64,000 nt of DNA from NCBI GenBank assembly GCA_964577975.1, contig CAZOBB010000026.1:3120-67119 (forward strand), written 5' to 3'. The notes below the pieces were generated by a model. It had not been told where the DNA came from. It ran no database searches and saw only the letters and a list, made by a program, of their open reading frames with translations. Shown here in pieces: positions 10,209 through 19,605 of the stretch. Every line of letters begins with the position of its first letter. Position 1 is the first letter of the stretch. The stretch is from an uncultured Thermodesulfobacteriota bacterium. GTDB taxonomy: Bacteria; Desulfobacterota; S145-22. Made by a program: the position numbers and the translations under genes.

Positions 10209-11563
10209 GGCGACTCCTCCGTTAGCGTTTTGCCCACGGCCTTTTCCAAGGCGCTTAAGGCTTTGAGATAATCGATCTTAGCTACGGTGAGGTTGATTTC
10301 GGTTTTTAGTAGAAGGGTTTGAGCGTCGATTACGTCGGTAGAGGTCGCGACCTGTTCCTTGTAGCGAAGCTGATTAATGCGGAGATTTTCCTTTGCTTGT
10401 TCAACGGCGTCTTTGATGGTTGCGATGCGCTTCAGGGATTGGCTGACATTCAAATATGCCGTTTTCACTTCGTGGAGGATTTGCTGCCGGAGCGAATTCT
10501 CCACGAGGAGGGCCTGTTCAAATCTTGCCTTTTGGGCGTCCACCTGCCATTTTCGTTTGTTCCATTCAAAGATCGACCAGTTGGCCATGACGAGGATGCT
10601 GGCAGAGTCCTCTTCCAGCGATTCGTCGCTCAAGTCTCGGTAATTCAAGCTTAATGTGACGTGAGGGAAATAGCTACTTTTGGCTAAACGGATGGCCGAC
10701 TTGGCTTGTTGAACACGGGTTGTGGCCACCTTTAGATCGGGGCGATGATGGAGGGCTAGATTTTGATAGTACGACAAGGGGTTGGGGAGAACAACTATCC
10801 GGAACTCTGTTTCAGGTTGAATGGGAAGATTAATATCCCGGTTCATGAGAAGATTGAGGTAGGACTGGGCGATTTTGAGGTTGTTACGGGTTTTGATGAG
10901 ATTTAACCGCGCGTTCGAGAGGGTGACTTTACTTTGCAGATAGTCATTGAGGGGAATGATATTTTCATCGAGGAAGGCCTTTGCCGTTTTGAGATGAGCC
11001 TCAAGTTGCTTCACATATTCTCCCGCCAAGCTATGGATTTTATAGGCCTTTACAAGATCGTAGTAGGCAAATTTGATGGATTCGATCAAATATTGCTTGG
11101 CGTTTTCGTACCGGTTCTTTTCTTTGACCGTGTCGAGACTGGCGAGTTTGTACCGTTCCGTCAGGGCTCCTCCCGTGAACAAGGGTTGAACCAGGCTCGT
11201 CGTTAGCGTTCCGGTGTTTTTTGCCGCCTCCGAGACTGTGGCAGGAGGAGATACGATAGGACCCATCGGTGTGTGAATGGTGATCTCAGGGATCTCGATC
11301 TTTACGGGGTTGTCGAGCCAACGATAGGTACCCTCGATGCGTAGTTTAGGGAAAAAATCGGCTCGGGCCGCCTTGGCGAGGTAGTTTGCCTTTTCGATAG
11401 CTAATCGAGAGGCCTGAAGCTTGAGATTTTGCTGCAGGCCGATGTGAAGGCATTCCTCCAAGGAAAGTACGGGAGGGGTTCGTTTGGTTTGGGCCGACAC
11501 GTGGGAGGGGAGGAACAGAAAAAAAAGGGTGACGACCGCGAAAAGGAGTTTACCTTGTTTCAT
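10205..11563 (-). CDS. TolC-family outer membrane efflux protein
   Basis: It has a signal peptide (MKQGKLLFAVVTLFFLFLPSHVSAQ) and the two-repeat alpha-helical/beta-barrel pattern of an outer membrane factor. The start at MKQ has GGAG 7 nt upstream; the longer ORF to 11590 would overlap tetR. Confidence 0.85.
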   Translation of the reverse strand: MKQGKLLFAVVTLFFLFLPSHVSAQTKRTPPVLSLEECLHIGLQQNLKLQASRLAIEKANYLAKAARADFFPKLRIEGTYRWLDNPVKIEIPEITIHTPMGPIVSPPATVSEAAKNTGTLTTSLVQPLFTGGALTERYKLASLDTVKEKNRYENAKQYLIESIKFAYYDLVKAYKIHSLAGEYVKQLEAHLKTAKAFLDENIIPLNDYLQSKVTLSNARLNLIKTRNNLKIAQSYLNLLMNRDINLPIQPETEFRIVVLPNPLSYYQNLALHHRPDLKVATTRVQQAKSAIRLAKSSYFPHVTLSLNYRDLSDESLEEDSASILVMANWSIFEWNKRKWQVDAQKARFEQALLVENSLRQQILHEVKTAYLNVSQSLKRIATIKDAVEQAKENLRINQLRYKEQVATSTDVIDAQTLLLKTEINLTVAKIDYLKALSALEKAVGKTLTEESP

Positions 11564-12212
11564 GTTCGACTCCATGAATAAAAAGCTCATAAAGGGTCAT
11601 GGCTTTCGAATTCAGGGTCCAGTCGGGTTTTTCCGTCAACCATTTGAAAAAAAATGTGTTGCACAACCCGCCCCAAGCCTCCGCTAAGTCCTCGGGATCG
11701 AAAGGCTTGAACACCTCTTGTCGGATTCCCTGCGTGAAAATGTTTTTTAATGTTTCGAGGTACCGTTGATACCGTGCGAAGACTTCCTGCCCGAAGGCCG
11801 TCTTGAGGGATAAGGGAAACCGGTTCTGGTCCCGGAAAAAGATAATAAAGAAGTTTCGGTTTTTTTCAATGAAGGCGGCCTGAGACAAAAGCATTTCTTT
11901 TAGCTGATCCTTTGGGTCATGAATGGGATCGATCTTGCTTAGTACCGTTTCATGCATCTCATCGAGACGGGAGGTAATGATTTCTGAATAAAGGGCATCC
12001 TTGCTTGCAAAAAAATTATAGATGGTGCCAACAGCTAATTCTGCCTCCGTGGCGATTTCTTGGATTGTCGCCCCTTGATACCCTTTTTTCGCGAAGACCT
12101 TCTCGGCGGTTTTCAAGATGTGACGTTGACGTTGCAACCTTTCCCGCTCTTTTCTTCTGAGTGTGACAGGAACCTTTTTACCGAGTGTATTATTATTCAT
12201 TTTATGAATCAT
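11550..12212 (-). CDS. TetR/AcrR family transcriptional repressor of the efflux operon
   Basis: It has an N-terminal HTH (ILKTAEKVFAKKGYQGATIQEIATEAELAVGTIYNFFASKDALY) and is the first gene of the efflux operon. A possible alternative start is at the second Met (12200). Confidence 0.85.
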   Translation of the reverse strand: MIHKMNNNTLGKKVPVTLRRKERERLQRQRHILKTAEKVFAKKGYQGATIQEIATEAELAVGTIYNFFASKDALYSEIITSRLDEMHETVLSKIDPIHDPKDQLKEMLLSQAAFIEKNRNFFIIFFRDQNRFPLSLKTAFGQEVFARYQRYLETLKNIFTQGIRQEVFKPFDPEDLAEAWGGLCNTFFFKWLTEKPDWTLNSKAMTLYELFIHGVEHETR

Positions 12213-12219
12213 AATTCAT
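12195..12219. promoter_or_regulatory. candidate TetR operator: ATTCAT-ttt-ATGAAT-cata-ATTCAT overlapping the tetR translation start
   Basis: Nested inverted repeats with 6-bp half sites were read directly from the sequence in the AT-rich divergent tetR/hflK intergenic region. Confidence 0.35.
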
Positions 12220-12383
12220 ATTATAGTTGCCCATATACAAAAAGTCAAGAGGGATGAAACGATAGATTTATATAATCGCTATGTATAATAATATCAATAT
12301 GTTGTGGCATATATCTAAGAAAGTGTCCTGCCTTTTGTCCAAAGGCCTTTCTTGACAAGCTCATCAATTAAATCTTATATAAC

Positions 12384-13448
12384 ATGAACGCGAAGGGGGA
12401 TAAGTTGGACTGGGAACAGTTTAAAGGCACGGATCATCAGGAACCGGAAGGCTTGCAGCAGGTGGAAGACGCCTTTAGGGAGTTCAAACAAAAGGTAAAA
12501 GGGAAGATACCAGGAGGGTGGGTCATTCTCGCCATCCTGCTTGTTTTATGGGCGGCGAGCGGAATTTATATCGTGGCACCGGATGAGATGGGAGTTGTGA
12601 AACGTTTTGGAAGATATGTCTATATGACGAAACCGGGGCCGCATTTTCATATTCCTTATCCTGTTGAAACGGTTTTGAAACCAAAAGTAACCGAGGTGAA
12701 ACGGATTGAAATCGGATTTAGGACGATCGATCCGGGCCCCCCGGCGCGATACCGGAGTGTCCCGAAAGAATCCCTCATGCTGACGGGGGACGAAAATATC
12801 GTCGATATGGACCTTATCGTGCAATATCGGGTCAAGGATCCCGTCAATTACCTCTTTGAGGTTTATAATATCCCCAAGACGGTGAAAGATGCCACGGAAG
12901 CGGCGATTCGTGAGGTTGTCGGAAAGAACAATATCGACGAAATATTGACGACGGGAAAATACAAGGTACAGCAGGATACGAAAAAGCTCTTGCAGCGGAT
13001 ATTGGACAAATACAAGGCGGGTATCATGGTGGTGGCGGTACAGCTTCAGGATGTCCATCCTCCCGAGCAAGTGATGCAGGCGTTCAAGGACGTGGCAAGC
13101 GCGAAAGAAGATAAGATCAAGTATATCAACGAAGCCCAAGGATACAGAAACGACGTCATTCCGAAGGCGAAAGGACAGGCCGAGAAGATTCTGAATGAGG
13201 CGCAAGCCTATCTGAAATCAAAGGTCGCAAGGGCGGAGGGGGATGCCAGCCGTTTCCTCCAGATTTATGAACAATATAAAACGGCGCAGGATATAACGAA
13301 AAAGCGGTTGTATATCGAGGCGATGGAAGCGATTCTTCCCCATGTGAAGAAGGTTATTGTCGATCCGAAGATTGGGAAGAAGATTCTCCCGCTTTTGCCT
13401 TTGGAAGGGAGTGTTCTTTCTGATACTGTGAAAACAAAGAAACCGTGA
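12384..13448 (+). CDS. hflK: FtsH protease modulator HflK (SPFH/band-7)
   Basis: It has a single N-terminal TM helix followed by an SPFH domain (GVVKRFGRYV...), a Glu/Lys-rich coiled coil, and is paired with hflC. Confidence 0.85.
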   Translation: MNAKGDKLDWEQFKGTDHQEPEGLQQVEDAFREFKQKVKGKIPGGWVILAILLVLWAASGIYIVAPDEMGVVKRFGRYVYMTKPGPHFHIPYPVETVLKPKVTEVKRIEIGFRTIDPGPPARYRSVPKESLMLTGDENIVDMDLIVQYRVKDPVNYLFEVYNIPKTVKDATEAAIREVVGKNNIDEILTTGKYKVQQDTKKLLQRILDKYKAGIMVVAVQLQDVHPPEQVMQAFKDVASAKEDKIKYINEAQGYRNDVIPKAKGQAEKILNEAQAYLKSKVARAEGDASRFLQIYEQYKTAQDITKKRLYIEAMEAILPHVKKVIVDPKIGKKILPLLPLEGSVLSDTVKTKKP

Positions 13449-13461
13449 AAGAGGGGCAGGA

Positions 13462-14334
13462 TTGAAAGGTCGTACTACGATTTTTATCGTACTTATCATT
13501 TTTGTAGTGTTAGTGGGGATCAATCAGGCGTTTTTCGTGGTGGATCAAACCCAACAGGCCATCGTACTTCAACTGGGGAAGCCTGTAAGGGTGTTGCGCG
13601 AGCCCGGCCTTTACATGAAGATTCCGTTTCTACAAAATGTTCTGACTTTCGAAAAGAGGGTCCTTGAATACGACGCCGCCCCCGCGGAGATCCTTTCTTC
13701 GGACAAGAAAAATCTGGTCGTGGACAACTATTCGAAATGGCGTATCACGAATCCGTTGGTATTCTATCAAACGGTTCGAAATATTACGGGGGCTCAGTCC
13801 CGGTTGGACGACATCATCTATTCCCAATTAAGAGTGATATTGGGAAAAAACACCTTGACAGAGGTGGTTTCTCTCAAGCGTGACGTGATTATGAAAGAAG
13901 TAACGGCCCGTTCCAACGCAATCGCTAAAGACTATGGGATAGAAGTGATAGATGTGAGGATCAAACGAGCCGATCTACCCCCGCAAAACGAAAAGCACGT
14001 CTATGAACGCATGCGAGCGGAGCGGCAACGAGAGGCGAAACGGTATCGTTCCGAGGGAAAAGAAATAGAGTTGAAGATTCGAGCGGAGGCCGACAAGGAA
14101 CGAACCATTATTCTTGCGGAGGCCTATAAGAAATCAGAAGAGATTAAAGGTAAGGCGGACGCACTTGCCTTGAAGATCTACGCCGACGCCTACAACAGAG
14201 ATCCAGAGTTTTATGCCTTCACACGAAGCTTGCAGGCTTATAAAGATGCGTTTGCGAAAGATACCACGGTGGTACTGGTTCCAGACAACTGGTTCCTGAA
14301 ATATTTTACGAAGGCGCCCGCTTCCATTAAATAA
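13462..14334 (+). CDS. hflC: FtsH protease modulator HflC (SPFH/band-7)
   Basis: It has an N-terminal TM helix and an SPFH domain (QQAIVLQLGKPVRVLREPGLYMKIPF) and lies immediately downstream of hflK. Confidence 0.85.
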   Translation: MKGRTTIFIVLIIFVVLVGINQAFFVVDQTQQAIVLQLGKPVRVLREPGLYMKIPFLQNVLTFEKRVLEYDAAPAEILSSDKKNLVVDNYSKWRITNPLVFYQTVRNITGAQSRLDDIIYSQLRVILGKNTLTEVVSLKRDVIMKEVTARSNAIAKDYGIEVIDVRIKRADLPPQNEKHVYERMRAERQREAKRYRSEGKEIELKIRAEADKERTIILAEAYKKSEEIKGKADALALKIYADAYNRDPEFYAFTRSLQAYKDAFAKDTTVVLVPDNWFLKYFTKAPASIK

Positions 14335-14379
14335 GTAGGCGTTTCTTTACCATACTACGTTGATCGGAAGGTTCTTGAC

Positions 14380-15168
14380 TTGAAGCAGATGGCATTCCCT
14401 TTTCAGATACCCGATAGAATTTCATTGGAAATTCTTTCGAGGGTCCATCGCTTTCATGATATGCCATCAGATATTATCAATTGGTTTCAGTATGTTATGT
14501 CACTCCTTGAAAGAAATACCGAAGTTCATTTCGGCGATCTTGTAACCGTGTTGCCCCCTCGCAATGGAAATACCACCCGTATTATGGTCGTTTCGTACAA
14601 TCGGGGCAGTATACGTCAGTATGATAGCTTTCCTAATGAGTTTCTTGAGGTAGCCTTTCGGCGTTGTAGCGGAAAAAAATTACCGGAGCTTACAGAGATC
14701 GATGTGGAAGGGTGTTTTTCTATATCGGAAATCCCCTACTGTCCTGTTGTTGTCCCGCTTGGATGCTATGAACGGCATCTTGGGGTATTTGTGGCTGGGA
14801 GCCAACAGGATCGGGCCGTTGTCCAACGAAATGAGAAATTCTTTGAACTTTTGGGGATGGAGATGTCCCTATATCTCCATATTTGGCAAATGGAACGGCT
14901 CGTGGTGTCTTACTTGTTTGAAGAAAAAGGCGAAGCGCTCAGTTTTGAAGACCTTTTGACGTTCAAATTTAAAAAGTTTCTGGAAAGACTGGAGCCGGAT
15001 GGGAAAGGAAGTGTGCTTAACGACGTGGTCGCCCTTGTGGAAAAGACATTGATCAAGCTTGCCTTGGAAAAGACAAACCATAAAATAGGTCAGGCGGCAT
15101 CACTCTTGGGGATCAATCGTAACACACTGCGTAAAAAGATACACGGTTTTGGATTGGAAGAGGCTTAA
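14380..15168 (+). CDS. Fis-type HTH transcriptional regulator with an N-terminal GAF-like sensory domain
   Basis: The C-terminus has an HTH_8 motif (KIGQAASLLGINRNTLRKKIHGF). There is no AAA+ sigma-54 activator domain, and the N-terminal ~180 aa are of unknown sensor type. Confidence 0.55.
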   Translation: MKQMAFPFQIPDRISLEILSRVHRFHDMPSDIINWFQYVMSLLERNTEVHFGDLVTVLPPRNGNTTRIMVVSYNRGSIRQYDSFPNEFLEVAFRRCSGKKLPELTEIDVEGCFSISEIPYCPVVVPLGCYERHLGVFVAGSQQDRAVVQRNEKFFELLGMEMSLYLHIWQMERLVVSYLFEEKGEALSFEDLLTFKFKKFLERLEPDGKGSVLNDVVALVEKTLIKLALEKTNHKIGQAASLLGINRNTLRKKIHGFGLEEA

Positions 15169-15187
15169 CAGGCCTTCATGGCGAATG

Positions 15188-16141
15188 TCATTTTATTTCG
15201 GTGAAGTGTCCGTTTTCAACTTGGACGATGGTATTACCACCCAGGTCTTTTGCTTTGTATAGCCCCAGGTCGGCCCAATGGATGATTTCATCCACGTGGG
15301 CCATTTCCTTTGTGTGGGGGCAGCTTACAATCCCTATACTGGTCGAGATACGGAAGCTGACGGATGGATTGTTACGGGGGTGTATAACGTGATTTTGGAC
15401 ATCTTTCAGTATTCTTAAAGCGACCTTCTGGGCATTTTCTGCTTCCGTTTCAGGGAGAATGATGGCGAATTCATCGCCGCCATATCGGGCGATAATGTCC
15501 ATATTTCTCCTTCCCGTTTTTAGTACATTTGCAAAACAGAGAAGCACCTCATCTCCTGTTACGTGGCCGTATGTGTCATTTACCAATTTGAAATCATCGA
15601 TGTCGAGCATGATAAAGGTGAAGGGACGCTGGAATCGTTTCGTGAGATGGAAATGGCGTTCCAACTGTGAGATGAGAAATTTGTGATTGTAGAGCCCCGT
15701 GAGGCTATCGGTGACGGCCAAGCTCTTAAGCCTGTTGATTTTTTTGCGGAGGGTCAAATAGACATCCCTGATGAGGAGGATGTTTTTGAGGCGAGCTTCG
15801 AACTCTCTTGGGAGGAAGGGGAGTCGAATGAAATCAAGGGCACCCGCCTGCAACGCTTGAGCGACTTCATCTGGATGCGGGTCCCGACCGAAGAAAATAA
15901 AGGGAATGAATAAGGGACGAAGTTTTCTTTTTATTTGACGCATGACGTCAATGCTATCGATTGCCTTTAAGTCGGCATCCAAAACGATGCCATCAGGTTT
16001 GTCATGAAAGGACTGGACAAGTATTCTTTGGGGTGATTCAAAGAAAGTTAGAATATAACCGGATGATTTGAAGTGTTCTTTCAGCAACTTCTTTACTCTT
16101 GAATTCTTTGTGAGAATAAAAATGTTTTTCGGCTTTCTCAT
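15188..16141 (-). CDS. response-regulator-like diguanylate cyclase (atypical REC + GGDEF)
   Basis: The GGDEF domain has an intact RYGGDEF A-site and an upstream RxxD-like region. The N-terminal REC-like domain lacks the acidic DD pocket (IFILTKN) and has Arg in place of the conserved Lys. The start is taken at MRKPKN; the ORF extends to 16189 from a TTG. Confidence 0.75.
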   Translation of the reverse strand: MRKPKNIFILTKNSRVKKLLKEHFKSSGYILTFFESPQRILVQSFHDKPDGIVLDADLKAIDSIDVMRQIKRKLRPLFIPFIFFGRDPHPDEVAQALQAGALDFIRLPFLPREFEARLKNILLIRDVYLTLRKKINRLKSLAVTDSLTGLYNHKFLISQLERHFHLTKRFQRPFTFIMLDIDDFKLVNDTYGHVTGDEVLLCFANVLKTGRRNMDIIARYGGDEFAIILPETEAENAQKVALRILKDVQNHVIHPRNNPSVSFRISTSIGIVSCPHTKEMAHVDEIIHWADLGLYKAKDLGGNTIVQVENGHFTEIK

Positions 16142-16294
16142 GGGGTCTTTTTTTGATACCAAAGTGGATCGAAAAGTGTCAAGTATCAAAGCTGACGTCC
16201 AGCTGGGGTTCGAAAGGGGAATTTCGAGAGGTTAATGTAAAGGGTGTGTTTTCTCTTTGCCTCTCTACAGAGTTTATGGTATGTAGGTTGTGTC

Positions 16295-17152
16295 ATGTTG
16301 GCTCAAATCGTCGTGAACGGAATCCTCAAAGGTGGCTTGTACGCCTTGATGGCGCTGGGAATGTCGTTGATTTGGGGGGTGATGGATATCATCAATATCG
16401 CCCACGGATCGTTTATCATGTTGGGGGCATACTGCACCTATTGGTTGTTCAGTTTGATGGGGTTGGATCCTTTTATCAGTCTTTTTCTTTCCGTGGGCAT
16501 TATGTTCTTGGTGGGATACGGGATCCAAAAGTATCTTATCAACCTCGTTATTCGGGCAACGATGTTCATCACCTTGATCCTTGCCTTTGGGATCGAAATC
16601 TTCATCAATAACCTTGCTCTTGTCATGTGGACGGCCGACGTGAGAAAGGTGCAGGTTCCTTATGGAGCGGCAAACTTCAGCATAGGAAGCGTCACGATCC
16701 CCTATGTTCGCCTCGGAGCGTTTGTCATTGCCTTAATCATCGCGGGGATTTTCTATTTCATCCTCAACAAGACGCGGACGGGAAGGTCCATTCGGGCCAC
16801 CTCTCAGGATCTGGATGCCGCGAGGCTGGTGGGGGTGGATGTGGCGAAGACATACGCGCTCACCTTTGGGTTAGGCGTCGGGGCGGCTGGAGCGGCGGGA
16901 ACGTTATGGGCCGTTCTCTTCCCCATTAATCCCATGATGGGAGGGATCCTAACGCTTAAATCATTCGTGGTGGTGATCATTGGAGGATTGGGCACGATGT
17001 TTGGTCCCATCATAGGAGGGCTTACGCTGGGAGTAGCGGAGGCTTTGGGGAGCAACTATTTCGGTGCGACGTATGAAAACTTCATAAGTTTCAGTATCCT
17101 TGTGTTGGTTTTAATTTTTCTGCCACAAGGCATCCTAGGGAAGAAGGAGTAA
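16295..17152 (+). CDS. livH: branched-chain amino acid ABC transporter permease LivH
   Basis: It matches the LivH family (MLAQIVVNGILKGGLYALMALGMSLIWGVMDIINIAHG). The start is at the internal ATG at 16295, not at the ORF start. Confidence 0.85.
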   Translation: MLAQIVVNGILKGGLYALMALGMSLIWGVMDIINIAHGSFIMLGAYCTYWLFSLMGLDPFISLFLSVGIMFLVGYGIQKYLINLVIRATMFITLILAFGIEIFINNLALVMWTADVRKVQVPYGAANFSIGSVTIPYVRLGAFVIALIIAGIFYFILNKTRTGRSIRATSQDLDAARLVGVDVAKTYALTFGLGVGAAGAAGTLWAVLFPINPMMGGILTLKSFVVVIIGGLGTMFGPIIGGLTLGVAEALGSNYFGATYENFISFSILVLVLIFLPQGILGKKE

Positions 17153-17153
17153 C

Positions 17154-18131
17154 ATGGCACGAGAGAGGGGCGCCACGACGAAAACGATCATCTTGGGTGT
17201 TCTCATGATTGCGGGAATTGCCATCCCTTTCTTTTCAGGGAATTTTATCATTCGCTTTTTTACCAATGCCTTGATGTTTGCCGTCCTTGCCAGTGCGTGG
17301 AATATCATTGGTGGCTATACGGGGTATGCCTCCTTCGGAAACGTCGTCTTTCTCGGAGTGGGAGCGTACGTGTCCGCCGTTTTGATGGAAAAGGGTGGGG
17401 TTCCCTTTTGGATTGCCTTTCCCGCCTCGGGAGTGGGGGCGGCCGTCTTTGCAGTCCTTATTGGTTTGCCCGTGTTGCGCCTGAAGGGACATTACTTCGC
17501 GATCGCCACATTGGGTGTGGCGGAGGCGATGAAGGCGTTGGTGGACAATCTTGAGATTACGGAAGGGAACTCGGGAATTTACCTTCCGGTGATGAATCTG
17601 TCGGTGAAAGCTCAGTATGTATTTTTCTATTTCATGATGTTGGGAGTCCTCGTCCTAACGTTGGGCGTGACGTTTGTGGTGTTGAAAAAGAAATTGGGAT
17701 ATGGCCTGATCGCCATCCGCGAGGATGAGGAGGCGGCCAACTCACTGGGTGTCAATACCACGCTATTTAAGGTGACGTCTTTTGCGTTGAGCGGCTTCTT
17801 TTCGGGATTGGCAGGAAGCCTTTACGCCTATCAGCAGGGGTTTATCAAACCGGAGTCGGTTTTTGACGTGGGGGTTACCGTAAAGATGATCGTGATGGCG
17901 GTGTTCGGGGGGATTGGGAGTTTACTGGGACCGTTGGTGGGCGCCCTTTCGATAGAGATCATTTCGGAGGTATTGACAAATTATTTCCTTGTCGCCCATA
18001 CGCTCTTCTTTGGGGCGATCGTCATTTTGGCAATCGTTTTTACCCCCAGAGGGATCATGGATATCCTTAGTGGCAGAAGGAAGTTCGGATTGAACTATCT
18101 CTTGCAGAACATCCGGAATCATCGGGTGTGA
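17154..18131 (+). CDS. livM: branched-chain amino acid ABC transporter permease LivM
   Basis: It is the second permease of the Liv system and abuts livH with a 1-nt gap. Confidence 0.8.
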   Translation: MARERGATTKTIILGVLMIAGIAIPFFSGNFIIRFFTNALMFAVLASAWNIIGGYTGYASFGNVVFLGVGAYVSAVLMEKGGVPFWIAFPASGVGAAVFAVLIGLPVLRLKGHYFAIATLGVAEAMKALVDNLEITEGNSGIYLPVMNLSVKAQYVFFYFMMLGVLVLTLGVTFVVLKKKLGYGLIAIREDEEAANSLGVNTTLFKVTSFALSGFFSGLAGSLYAYQQGFIKPESVFDVGVTVKMIVMAVFGGIGSLLGPLVGALSIEIISEVLTNYFLVAHTLFFGAIVILAIVFTPRGIMDILSGRRKFGLNYLLQNIRNHRV

Positions 18132-18144
18132 GGACATCGGGTCA

Positions 18145-18888
18145 ATGGTGATACTCGAAGGAAAAGGGATTACGAAGGAATTTGGGGGGTTAAAAGCGGT
18201 AAGCGACGTGGATTTTGTCCTCAACAAGGGGGAGATTTTAGGACTGATCGGCCCGAATGGAGCCGGGAAAACAACCATCGTCAATATGATTTCTGGCACG
18301 TATGCCCCTACCAGCGGTCGGATTATGTATAAGGGAATGGATATTACTGGGAAGAAGCCTTATCAGATTGGCCGGATGGGTATAAGCCGGACTTACCAGA
18401 TCGTCAAACCTTTTCCTGGAATGACGGTTAAAGAGAATGTGTCGGTGGGGGCGATGTTTGGTGCGCAAGGGAAGAACTATTCTACGAAAGAGGCAATCGA
18501 AAAGGCGGAAAGCATTCTGGAGTTCGTTGGTTTGCAGGATATGGCCAATCATCGCGCCGACGATCTAAGCGTGGCATCCCGGAAAAGGTTGGAAATGGCG
18601 AAGGCGCTTGCCATGGGGCCGGAGGTGATCTTGTTTGATGAGGTGATGGCGGGGTTGAATTTTTCGGAAATCGACAAAGCGGTGGAACTGATCCGGAAGA
18701 TTCGTGATGAGGGGATCAGCATTCTCGTTATTGAGCATGTCATGCGGGCGATCAAAGGGGTGTCGGATCGAATCTTTGTCTTGCATCATGGAGCGAAGAT
18801 TGCCGATGGAAAGCCGGAGGAGGTATTGAATAACGAACAGGTCGTCAAGGCCTATCTAGGGCGGCGTTATAAAGAGTTGGTGCGGTAG
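18145..18888 (+). CDS. livG: branched-chain amino acid ABC transporter ATP-binding protein LivG
   Basis: It has a Walker A (GPNGAGKTT), an ABC signature and a LivG-type C-terminal extension. Confidence 0.85.
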   Translation: MVILEGKGITKEFGGLKAVSDVDFVLNKGEILGLIGPNGAGKTTIVNMISGTYAPTSGRIMYKGMDITGKKPYQIGRMGISRTYQIVKPFPGMTVKENVSVGAMFGAQGKNYSTKEAIEKAESILEFVGLQDMANHRADDLSVASRKRLEMAKALAMGPEVILFDEVMAGLNFSEIDKAVELIRKIRDEGISILVIEHVMRAIKGVSDRIFVLHHGAKIADGKPEEVLNNEQVVKAYLGRRYKELVR

Positions 18889-18896
18889 GGGTCGAT

Positions 18897-19604
18897 ATGT
18901 TTTTAGAGGTGAAGAACCTGAATGTGGGATATGGGGATGTTCAGGTCTTGTGGGACGTAAGCTTCGAAGTGGAAAAGGGGATGATCGTCTCCTTGGTGGG
19001 GGCGAATGGAGCGGGAAAGACGACCCTCTTGAAGACCATCTCGGGATTGATTCATCCCATGAGTGGCGAGATACGATTTGAGGGGCAATCCTTGACCGAA
19101 TTGTCTTCGAAAGAGATTGTCGAACTTGGCATCGTGCATGTGCCGGAAGGACGCCGGCTTTTTCCCGACATGAGCGTTGAAGAAAACCTCCTGATGGGAG
19201 CCTATCGGCGAGGCAAGGATCCAGCCATCAAGAAGGATCTTGACCAGGTGTATGAGATTTTCCCACGCCTGAAAGAGCGGAGACGCCAGAAGGCGGGGAG
19301 TCTGTCGGGAGGGGAACAGCAGATGTGTGCGATGGCGCGAGGACTCATGGGAAATCCGCGGTTGTTATTGGTGGATGAAATGTCGTTGGGATTGGCTCCT
19401 TTGATCGTGGACGATCTTATCGACATCGTCAAAGAGATCCATAAACAGGGGACGACGGTTTTTATCGTGGAGCAGGATGTCCATCTGGCCCTGTCTAACT
19501 CTGACTATGGCTATGTTCTGGCCACAGGACGAATCATGATGGAAGGTTCCTCACGTGATCTCTTGGCGAACAGGAAAATCAAGGAGGTTTTTCTAGGGCT
19601 CTGA
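18897..19604 (+). CDS. livF: branched-chain amino acid ABC transporter ATP-binding protein LivF
   Basis: It has a Walker A (GANGAGKTT), an LSGGEQQ signature and a Walker B (LLLVDE). Confidence 0.85.
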   Translation: MFLEVKNLNVGYGDVQVLWDVSFEVEKGMIVSLVGANGAGKTTLLKTISGLIHPMSGEIRFEGQSLTELSSKEIVELGIVHVPEGRRLFPDMSVEENLLMGAYRRGKDPAIKKDLDQVYEIFPRLKERRRQKAGSLSGGEQQMCAMARGLMGNPRLLLVDEMSLGLAPLIVDDLIDIVKEIHKQGTTVFIVEQDVHLALSNSDYGYVLATGRIMMEGSSRDLLANRKIKEVFLGL

Positions 19605-19605
19605 G

